Source: Octopus bimaculoides (Eukaryota). Taken from it: a DNA stretch of 56,898 nucleotides. Of the stretch, positions 37,145-47,385 are shown piece by piece. The notes under the pieces are model-generated. The model ran no database searches and was not told the origin of the DNA. It saw nothing but the letters and a program-made list of their open reading frames with translations. The DNA lies in NCBI RefSeq assembly GCF_001194135.2, contig NC_068995.1, positions 41,082,208 through 41,139,105 of the forward strand, read 5' to 3'. The position numbers were made by a program, and so were the translations under genes. Position 1 is the first letter of the stretch. Every line of letters starts with the position of its first letter.

Positions 37145-37633
37145 AAGCCTGCTGACATCATGGGCACTGTCCCGTCATCCTCCTCCACCCACACCCACCA
37201 CACTAACTCGTCATAAAAAATGAGAAAAATACGATAAAATGAAACGGAGTTGACGTAATTTAACTGATTTAATCTAAGTAAAGAATATGAAATTCATGAT
37301 TATTGGATGGTTTCCGTCAGGTCAACGACCTGAAGCCGTAGCAAAGACTAATATCTTTACATGCATCGATATCTTTGTCGTCATCATCATCATTATTATC
37401 ATCATCGTGACCACCACTATCGCCACCACATCACCGCGGTCGTAGTCGTAATACAAAGCAACGACGGCAGTTGTTGTTGTTGTAGTGGGCACTCCGTCGC
37501 TTACGACGACGAGTGTTACCAGTTGACCCGTCAACGGAACAGCCGGATCTTTCTGATTTGGCGGAAAACCATTTGTTTTCTAACGAAACACTTTCAAATT
37601 TGGGACACTGGTAGAATGTGTCATCTAAACCAT

Positions 37634-38048
37634 CTTTTACTCTTAGTGTTACTCTTTTACTTGTTTCAGTCATTTTACTGTGGCCATGCTGGAGCACCAC
37701 CTTTTTAGTCGAGCAAATCGACCTCAAGACTTATTTTTTGTAAGCCCAGTACTTATTCTATCGGTCTCTTTTGCCAAACCGCTAAGTTACAGGGACATAA
37801 ACACACCAGCATCGGTTGTCAAGCGATGTTGGGGGGACAAACACAGACACACACATACATACATACATATATATATACATATATACGACGGGCTTCTTTC
37901 AATTTCCGTCTACCAAATCCACTCACAAGGCTTTGGCTGGCCCGAGGCTATAGTAGAAGACACTTGCCCAAGATGCCACGCAGTGGGACTGAACCCGGGA
38001 CCATGTGGTTGGTAAGCAAGCCACTTACCACATAGCCACTCCTACGCC
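37634..38048 (-). mobile_element. SINE A, full length
   Basis: Complete minus copy, inverted relative to 36601-37144. Confidence 0.92.
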
Positions 38049-38671
38049 TATAGTGTTGTTGAGAAAAGTTTATATGACAGGACGATTTCAGACCATTAGT
38101 ACAAGGCGTTGGATAGGGCCAGTGTTATGTAATCGACTGGTTCGATTTGGGACATGGAAGGTCGTTATTTTATCGATGCTGGAAAGATGACAGATCAGAT
38201 ATGTGGCTTAGACAGGTTTACATTTATTAAAAAATGTTGGCCAAGGTTTGAAGATCATACGAAAGTGGTTGAAATGCGATAACGCATTAAGACTGAAATA
38301 TACGTCTTCTTGCTAATAGCTGGCTGTAATTATGATTATAATAGAAACCAGCTGTCATAATTGCAGTGTTTTTTTATATATACACTGGCATTTGTTAGAT
38401 TGTATTTATCCATAAATAGTAGAACATGAACAGCCTAAATACCTGTCGTCCATATGCTTTTTTTCTCTCACAAATTATAGAGGAAGATCAGAGTCGGTTT
38501 TAAGTGACTTATTACCAGTTGTACTGCGATCTATAATATTTAACAGTGGAATTAAATAAGCAGAAAATGAGCCTTAATGATTGGTTATCTTCTGCTCCAT
38601 CGACCAGGACAGTGGTTGCCAAACTGAAAAGCACGCATCTCCTCATAATAATAACACCGTGTAGCAAATGC

Positions 38672-38672
<1 letters not shown>

Positions 38673-38745
<73 letters not shown>

Positions 38746-38767
38746 CATTATTATTATTATTATTATT
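38673..38767. repeat. (ATT)n microsatellite, 3' tail/target of family F
   Basis: Direct reading. Confidence 0.95.
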
Positions 38768-39314
38768 GAGTGAGAGAGAGCAGTGCATGCCATCAAAGTG
38801 ACACTGGGGTAAAATGTACGAAGCCCATTATACCCGTCTGATAAAGGTACACCAGGTACATGCATCACAACCATATGTGCACGACATGGTTATCTCATAT
38901 CAAGATAAACAGCTCACGACCTCGCAGGTGGGGCCTAGTTAGAATTTTCTTCAGGTCGAGTAGCCCATCCCGCTCAAAGGGTCCCTGAATAAGGTTTGTT
39001 TAAGGATGTTGAGCAAAACACCCATGTTTCCTAAGGTGAATTATTCAAACCCCAAAGAATTCCTCTCAACACATGGCTATGATGCTCCCCAACTATTTCT
39101 GCTCATGATCAGAGATGCACATATCGTCAGCCGCCAAGGGATATGCTCAACTGGTTAAGGTCAAACAGCTAACAAGCAAATCTGTGGTATTGAGCAGAAT
39201 ATTTGCTGTAGCCCATCTTTTTATACCAAGACAAAACAATGTACATGATATGACTTCCAATCAGTTAAGATCAGAAGCCATGAGAGTCACTGCCTGGTAC
39301 TGCATCCGGGCATT
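38768..39314 (-). mobile_element. (AAT)n-tailed retroposon family F, about 550 bp
   Basis: Highly similar to 45054-45512 and to an inverted fragment at 39632-39810; both long copies end at CACTC(AAT)n. Confidence 0.8.
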
Positions 39315-39317
39315 ACT

Positions 39318-39415
39318 CTTACAGCACCTAGGTTTCCCTACTCAGTAGGCTCGACGCTGCTTAACTTCGGTGATCGGACGAGAACCGGTGCTCTCAACAT
39401 GATATGGCCGTAAGC
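39318..39415 (-). pseudogene. 5S rRNA pseudogene with about 22-nt internal deletion
   Basis: Minus: GCTTACGGCCATATCATGTTGAGAGCACCGGTTCTCGTCCGATCACCGAAGTTAAGCAGCGTCGAGCCT..GGGAAACCTAGGTGCTGTAAG matches the metazoan 5S sequence, but the TAGTACTTGGATGGGTGACC region is missing. Confidence 0.92.
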
Positions 39416-39446
<31 letters not shown>

Positions 39447-39631
39447 GATTACTTTGTCTTTGGTCAGTAAGTGCTATTTCCTATTTGCTTCTATCTAGAA
39501 ATCAATGGAAATGACTACAATTTCCTTAAAAATTTAAGCTTTTGTGACCTAGACGTCAATGTTTTCAAACTGACTTGTTTTCCATTACATTTCAGACTGA
39601 TTCAGCGCTGAGTTGCTGAAGCAGAAATATT

Positions 39632-39810
39632 GTTATAGCAAATATTCTGCTCAATAACACAGGTTAGCTTGTCAGTTGTTTGACCTTAATCACTTGCGCA
39701 TGTCTCTTAATGGCTGCAATATGTGCATCTCTAATGATGAGCAGGTGTAGTGAGGGAGCATTATAGTATAATGTTGAGAGGGATTCTTTCGGATTTGAAT
39801 AAATATCGTA
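39632..39810 (+). mobile_element. Diverged family F fragment in the opposite orientation
   Basis: GCAAATATTCTGCTCAATA.CACAG..GCTTGTCAGTTGTTTGACCTTAA is the reverse complement of 39150-39210. Confidence 0.7.
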
Positions 39811-40996
39811 ACAAAAGCAAAGTCTGAAGGAAATATTAGCCACTTTTCATACTTTGTGGAGGGTAAGCAAACAGGAACTAACAGTTGCTACCCCAGGACA
39901 AAAATCGTGTTACACAGTATAATTAATGAGTTTTTATCCCCTACTTCCAGCTTTATTAATAACATGACACAGCTGAGTTTGTGTGCATATCAAGCTTCTT
40001 TCTTCTTCGCCATGGATACGTTTTTAAAACGTTTAAAACCATCATTTGTTCGTTCTCCTTTGCAATCCTCGCAGGTCCTTCCGAGGGACTTGGTTGGTCA
40101 CGCCTGTAAGGTAGACTTGTGTTTCTTAACTCCTCTGGTCATGTTTTGGCTTTGTGAGGGCTGACCTGGGACTATACACAATAACAACAGCAACAGCTGG
40201 TACAATAACCACAACAACAATAACAACCACTACAACATCATCATCACAATCATCAACGATAAACGTAACAACAACGACGACGACGACAGAAACTGCAACA
40301 ACAACAACAACAACAACAACAACACCAGTAACAGCGACAGCAGCAACAGCAACCTTTACAAAGAAGGTTTACATTAACACACGGATTAACACAGTTTCTC
40401 AATTCAATTTTGCAATTTACTCGGATCTGTTGGAATCACGTGATGTGTGTGTGTGTGTGCATACGTATGTGCGTTTGTGTGTGTGTTGTTTTGAGAGGCG
40501 AAGAGATGGTGGTGGTGGTGGTGAGGAAGTTTTGTTTGTAAATCCGATATGGTTAATCCGTTAATCCTGTTGTTATGTCATCTGTTTAATCTCATTACAT
40601 TTGGGTTCACAAAATCGTTAGATAACATGAAACAAGCAGACTGCCGCAGCACTAAATTGCCTTCAAGTATTTGATTTACCTCCCTTCGTCCTGTTTCCAG
40701 TTTCAGATCCCATCATGGATGATTTTTGTCTTTCAAGCCTTTCTCTAATAAATTAATCAAATCATTCATTGTAATGAATTCACTAAAGATCGATTCAATC
40801 GATTGTATATTCTACTTGCTAATTTTAACAAATTCGGCCAAAATATCTTGCGATAGTATAGATGTAATCTACACCCTGTTATCAAATCCTGCCAAGTTTG
40901 ACTAACTTACGTTCTACCAGAGTCGATTAAATAAGTACCAGTAAACTACTGGGGTAGTTATCATCGACTGTAACCATTTCCTCAACAAAAGTCTTC

Positions 40997-41338
40997 GGTA
41001 ATTTTTCAGATTAACACCCGCACGATCTTCACTAGGGTGTTAGTGTTAGGGGTTGAGGGTCAGGGTTAGTACTTTAGGGTTAGTTTTAGCGTTAGGTTTA
41101 GGGTTTGGGTTTTAGGGTTAGTTTCAGGGTTAAGGTTAGGGTTAGGGTTAGGGTTTAGGGTTACGGTTAGGGCTTTAGGGTTTGGGTTAGGGAATTCCGT
41201 CCTTAACTGTAACCGTAACCCTAAACACTTACCCTAGCCTTAACCCTAACCCTAACCCTAAAACCCTAACCCTGACCCTAAAATCCTAACCCTAACACCC
41301 TAGTGAAGATCGTGTGGGTGTTAATCTGAAAAATTACC
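40997..41338. mobile_element. Foldback/MITE with 47-bp TIRs and internal (TTAGGG)n-(CCCTAA)n arms, copy 1
   Basis: TIR GGTAATTTTTCAGATTAACACCC(G/A)CACGATCTTCACTAGGGTGTTAG with one mismatch; centre GGGAATTCCGTCC. Confidence 0.85.
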
Positions 41339-42042
41339 AAGTGACTTATAGTCACAAGACCTTTATTATTTATTGATGAGACATAACCAATCCATATTTG
41401 GTCTTACGTTTTATCGAAAGAAATCAATAATTATCTCGTGTAATTGCAAGTGATGTTAATTCAGCAGGTTTTCGACTTCTGACTAAAGAAGCTAATCCAT
41501 TATTTTACACGCTATTATTTATAGCTTTATCTACTTCGAGTCTTGTATGACCTTTTCAGGACAGACATGGACATATCACTTCCGGGTCATTTTTTATCAA
41601 AGGACAGCATATTTTTTTTTTTAGTGGAATAGTGGAATAGTGGAAATTTTTTTAGTGGAATAGTGGAAATTTTTTTAGTGGAATAGTGGAAGAACGTCGT
41701 GATGATGGAGGGAGACTTTACGTAGACGTTTGAGTTGCTAGAAATAGAAGGAAAATACCATCCCCTTTCAAATCACTTAAAAAAGGAAAATAAAGGATGG
41801 ATGGTCCAAGGTATAATATGTTTGAATAAAAGGTGGAATGTCACTGTTGCAACGCTTGTCATCGCAGGTTTGTTCTCGNNNNNNNNNNNNNNNNNNNNNN
41901 NNNNNNNNNNNNNNNNNNNNNNNNNNNNNNNNNNNNNNNNNNNNNNNNNNNNNNNNNNNNNNNNNNNNNNNNNNNNNNNNNNNNNNNNNNNNNNNNNNNN
42001 NNNNNNNNNNNNNNNNNNNNNNNNNNNNNNNNNNNNNNNNNN

Positions 42043-42105
<63 letters not shown>

Positions 42106-42577
42106 GCAACAGCTATTCGATAATCTATCCATGTTTTTCATAACAACACAACAAACAGAAAACAGACATTCAATTCCGATAGATAATGGTTGCAAGAAAG
42201 AACTGGCTCGAAACTAAACAAAAATGTTTGCACGTGAAAACAAAGGAAATTCCTCATTTATTCCGACAGAGCCAACAATTCAATACCTTTCCCACTACTA
42301 CCACTACTGCTGCTGCTGCTGAAGACTCGAATAAAAACGAATTGAGTTATTGTGTCTGTATGTGTTTATAAACACATTTATGTACAGAATGAAAAAAAAA
42401 CACAAATAAAATGAGCAAAATAAGAATAGTTTAAATGAGTCAATGCCCTTGATTAAAGAAAAGAGTTTCATGGCACTGCGGTCTTCAGGCTTGTACCGCG
42501 TGAAGATTGCGGTGGCATGAAAACCGAGTCAGTTGGACTCAAAGTAGATAAAGCCGTAAATAATAGCTCAAAGAGCT

Positions 42578-42825
42578 GGTAAATTTTCAGATAAACACCT
42601 GCACGATTTTCACTAGGGTGTTAGGGTTAGGGTTTTAGGGTTAGTTTTAAGGTTAGGTTAGGGTTTAGGGTTAGGTTAGGGTTTAGGGTTACGGTTACGG
42701 TTAGGGTTTTAGGGTAAGGGTTAGGGAATTCCGTCCCTAACCCTAACCCTAACCCTAACCATAATCCTAACCCTAACCCTAAAACCCTAGTGAAAATCGT
42801 GCGGGTGTTAATCTGAAAATTTACC
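42578..42825. mobile_element. Foldback/MITE with telomeric-repeat arms, copy 2
   Basis: Same TIR family and centre TTAGGGA-ATTCCG-TCCCTAA; flanks AAAGAGCT / AAAAAGCT (7/8). Confidence 0.85.
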
Positions 42826-43719
42826 AAAAAGCTATCATTTATAGCTTTACCTACTTCGAGTCCAATCGTTAGAAACGAATTATTACACACACACACACAC
42901 ACCTACGCACCCACAAACACACATTATTGACTATAAAAGCTAGTAATACAAAATGCATTCAAGCATTGCTATATGTGTGCGTGTTTGTGTGAGTGTATGT
43001 ATACATACACACTCATCATACGTAGATAATATTTACGCACACTCACTTCCACGCTCATTCACACATATTGTCCATGCTTCAATACGTTCTCTATTACTAG
43101 ATTTTATAGCCAACAATATCCGAAATGAATCGTGTTGCTATGTTCCTAAATCTGTGAATGTATTTCTTTGTTACTTGTGCATTTCAATTTTCGTGTAAAC
43201 GGTTTCATTTTCCCCCTTACAATCTACGAAGCTAAAGCCCTTGAAATAAAACAAAATATAAACGCATGAAAAAGTAACTTTCTATGCCAAAAAATAAGAA
43301 AACTGAGCATTTATTATTATCACTAATTATATAAACATTTTGTTAATTATATCATTGATAAACATTTTGGCTTTCCGAGCTTCAGTAGTTTTTAACAATC
43401 AAACAAGCAAGCAAGCGAACGGACAGACAAAGTCGGTGGTTGTTGCTGCTGTTGAGATTAGTGCTGCTGTAGCTGAAGCAGATGTGCTGCTGCTGCTGCT
43501 GCTGTTATTGTGATGGTTTTGTCCAGCGTCAATTGTGATCGAGAAAAGAAACCTATGTTTATAGACATCCCGAATGTGACAATACCGTCCTTTTAGAAAT
43601 ATTTAAAAATGAATATCTAAGTCATCACTTCCTGATATGTTTTGAGTGACATTTGACAGCTATTTTTAGCAGGTCAAGCAACCAAACATAGACATTCGCT
43701 TTGGTTCGCAATTTTAATG

Positions 43720-44012
43720 GTGGTTGAAAATATTAAAGATGGGTATACAATATGTTAGGAAGGAAAGAAATAGCACTGGATGCCATGGCGGGATTTTGTT
43801 TAAGACAAAAGCCTGAGCCGCAAGAGCTGAACTCAAGAGACGGGAAAGAAAGCAGCGCCTTTTCCTTCCCAAACCAGCCCCTTCTATCCCTTGTCCACAA
43901 TGTCCCTGTATGTTTCAGACAACCGTTGGATTGCGGAGCCATCTGCGGTTCCAACACCCAGGAAAATGAACTGGATTGCAAGCTCGGAAACACGAGACGC
44001 TGCCAACAACAA
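43720..44012 (+). mobile_element. RTE-type LINE 3' end with a single C2H2 finger
   Basis: EIALD..WRDF, then ELKRRERKQRLFLPKPAPSIPCPQCPCMFQTTVGLRSHLRFQHPGK*; tail GAGACGCTGCCAACAACAA. Confidence 0.75.
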
Positions 44013-44109
44013 TATGTTAGACAGGCGATAATTATGGCGGCTACCTGTAACAATATTTTGGACGAACGATAATTATGGCCAAGGTATAGGGTAATTGCTT
44101 GTATTTCAG

Positions 44110-44196
44110 AGCATATTGATATAAAGATAAGAAAAATCAAACAAGAAAATCGCCAGATAAAACAAATGCTTTCTGAATTCAATAAATCGTTTGCAG
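44110..44196 (+). CDS. Tentative 87-nt internal coding exon (EHIDIKIRKIKQENRQIKQMLSEFNKSFAG)
   Basis: Acceptor TTGCTTGTATTTCAG, donor CAG|GTGTGA, phase 1-1, open frame; no homology recognised. Confidence 0.2.
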
Positions 44197-45053
44197 GTGT
44201 GATCAGTGATGGAGGAAAATTTCGGAAGATGAATGTAAATCAGATCGGAGTATAGGACGACCAAACTATGGAACAAGCCTTATGAATATGTGTGAATGTG
44301 GAGTAAGAGTGTGAATGTGTGAAGAGCAGGGTTGGTGGGTTTACAGTATAGACATTCTTTTGTTTGCCTGTTTGTTCCAACTGTTTAACGTCGCCAAAAG
44401 TGCTCATAGAAATGGCTTTATGTCATTCTATGGATAACACTCTGATCTATATAATAATTTCCATCTTTTAATAATAAGGGTAGAAATTGATATTAATCAA
44501 TTAGAACCAGTGGTCTGAAACCATTGGTACGTAGGTTAATCGTTTTTTTTATTTCGGATATTTTCATTTGTCTTGCCCTTTTACAGCCTGGTGTCTCGCT
44601 GTAATTTTTTTCTTGAGAACATATTCTTCGTTGTTAGGTGATTCGGCATCTATTTCTAGCATATAGGAGTCCACTTTGCTGGTCATTCCTCTTAATTTTG
44701 TATGTAATAATTTCCATCTATATTTTGACTTTATTTTGATGTTCTTTTATATCTTTTGTTACGATTAATTGACTTAAATGTTATATTATATATCAAACGA
44801 TGGCTTTAAGTATTCGGTCAAGTGTTATTGATACGTCAGAAATGTGATAGAAATATATCCTGCATTGCAGGTTTATTTCATAAGATGATCGTGTTTACAA
44901 ATCAAGATATCTGAGAAAGGAAACGAACTATGATAATATTATCATATATTTCTATATAGTTGATGCACCACATTACATTGCATCAGATACGAAATAAAAA
45001 ATAATTCATCTACAGAATTCATCTCCTTTCCTCATTTAAATATTATTATTATT

Positions 45054-45512
45054 GAGTGAAAGAGTAATGCATGCCATCACAGTGACACTGGGGTAAAATA
45101 TACAAAGCCTAGTATATCTATCATGGCTACTCGTCTGATAAGGGTACAGCAGGCACATGCATCACAACCATATGTACGCGACATGGTGATTTCATATCAA
45201 GATAAACATGACTTGCAGGTAGGGCCCAGTTAGAATTTTCTTCAGGTCGAGTAGCCCATCCCGCTGAAAAGGTCCCTGAATAAGGGTTATTTAAGGATGT
45301 TGAACGAAACACTCATGCTTCCAAAGGTGAATTATCCAAACCCCAAAGAATTCCTCTTAACACATGACTCTGATTCTCCCCCACTACTTCTGCTCGTGGT
45401 CAGAGATGCACTTATTGTCAGCCACCAAGGGGCATACTCAACTAGTTAAGGTCAAACAACTGACAGGCAAATCTGTGGTATTGAGCAGAATGTTTGCTGT
45501 AGCCCATCTTTT
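45054..45512 (-). mobile_element. Family F copy, 5'-truncated, (ATT)n on both sides
   Basis: Matches 38768-39220. Confidence 0.8.
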
Positions 45513-45521
45513 TATTATTAT

Positions 45522-46085
45522 TGTTCAGTAGTTTTATTTTTATAACGTGCTTTCACTTCACTACCGAGCGCAGCTCTGTGTGCCTTGGGTATGTACTGTG
45601 GTTTGCTGTGATGCTCTTATAGTTACTGTATTGAAAGTGTTTTGCGTAGGATGTGTGCAGTGCCCAGTAGTGATTTTTCTTCCATATTTTATATGTATGT
45701 GTTGTTGCGTTTTCGTTCTTTGGGTAGAGCACTGCTGTGAAATAAGCGTGTAGGATCGAAATGTATTCCTCACGTGTCCATTTATGCCGTTTTGGTTATG
45801 TTTGCGGGACATGAGGAACAACGTCCGGCCCTTTATTTTGACGGTCATCGTTTTCGTAGGGTACCGGTCTGTTCATTTCTGTTGTCAGATTGTTTTGCAC
45901 GTGTACCTCTTCGTACTTTTTGCGTAACAAGCTTACAGTACGCACTTCCCGGTTGTTATTCTTGGGTGGAATAATGCCGGTATTATTTAATCTGTTTGTA
46001 ATTTTTTTGTACATGGTGCTTGGAGCCGGTGATGGTCTGGTGTTGATGTATCAAGCGTGTTTACACGTGCTGTGCGAGTAGTGGA
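45522..46085 (-). mobile_element. Internally deleted R4/Dong-type LINE (N-terminal ORF fused to extreme 3' end)
   Basis: Minus: KRHKWTREEYISILHAYFTA..TYKIWKKN joined to LLGTAHILRKTLSIQ*, then 3' UTR and (AAT)n. Confidence 0.65.
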
Positions 46086-46657
46086 GATATCCAGTTAAAA
46101 TACATCATTATATTTGGAAAAATAGAAATAAATTTCAATGTGTATTACTTACTCGGATATAGCCCAACCCTTTGTCAGCTATTTTTGGCTCCATGCGATG
46201 TCTTTATTTCCGATGTTTTTGGATAAATTTCGGAGCAGTGATTTATCGTTCTCACATGTTAAACGTCCCCGGTATAATCCTGTTAAACCTTATTATTATT
46301 ATAAGGGATCCTCAAAACGAAAACCTCACCGGAAAATTTGTAGCAGAGTAGAGACTCTTCTGAAGGCACCCAGGTCCCAGGTGGTGGTGTTGAACCAGGT
46401 GATAGGTTAACACTACGCTTCACGGTGGTCATAGCGGGATTTGAACTCAGAACGCAAACATCTGGATCAAATACTGCAAGGCATCTGGTCCTTGCAGATT
46501 CACCAATCTATTGCCTTGGATTGATACATTTTTATCGATCCTGGAAAGGCGAAAAGCAAAATTTACCATCCCATTTCCACAAAAACCACACGAAACGAAA
46601 CAGAACATATAAAGCGCTACCCTTCAAAAACTGCCTCCTAAGATGGACTCGTCCTCT

Positions 46658-47385
46658 TTAGCCCGAGGTGGACCACCCATCGTCCCCTTTAACCTGAGGT
46701 GGCCCACCTTTCATTCGCTTTAGCTGAGAATGGATCACCCCACGTCCCCTTTAGCGCAAGGTGGACCACCCCTCGTTCCCTTTAGCCCGAGATGGACCGC
46801 CCCTCATCTCCTTTAGCCCATTTGAACCATTTCAACCACCCCTCGTCACCTTTAGCTCGAAATTGATCACCTTTCGTTTCCTTTAATCAGAATGGATTGC
46901 CCCTCGTCCNNNNNNNNNNCCGCCCCTCATCTCCTTTAGCCCATTTGAACCATTTCAACCACCCCTCGTCACCTTTAGCTCGAAATTGATCACCTTTCGT
47001 TTCCTTTAATCAGAATGGATTGCCCCTCGTCCCCTTTAGCGCAAGGTGGACTACGCCCCGTCCCGTTTAGCCCGAGATGGATCCCATTTCGTCCTTTTTA
47101 GCCCGAGATGGACCACTCCTCGCCCCCTTTAACTCGAAAAGGATCACCCCCCCCCTCGTCTCCTTTAGTCCAAGATAAACCACCCCTCGCTCCTTTAACC
47201 CGAAATGGATCAATTCTTGACTCCTTTAGCCCGAGATGAACCACCTTTCGTTCCCTCTAGTTCGAAATGAACCGCCCCACGTTCCCTTTAGCCCAAAGTG
47301 TACCACCCCTCGTCCTCTTTCGCCCGAAATGGACTAATCCTCGTCCCCTTTAATCCGAGATGGACCATCCCTCATCCCCTTTAGC
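46658..47385. repeat. Diverged 31-bp minisatellite, about 19-20 units
   Basis: Consensus about TTTAGCCCGAGATGGACCACCCCTCGTCCCC; 46797-46909 duplicated across a 10-N gap. Confidence 0.9.

Noticed and set aside
41035-41300. Ancient chromosome end-to-end fusion site
   Set aside because: Bounded by TIRs, shares a fixed centre with a second copy, and that copy has a TSD-like repeat; a transposon-like element explains it better.
46658-47385. CRISPR-like array
   Set aside because: Contiguous diverged units with no unique spacers, eukaryotic context, no cas genes. The same applies to the 38-bp array at 17998.
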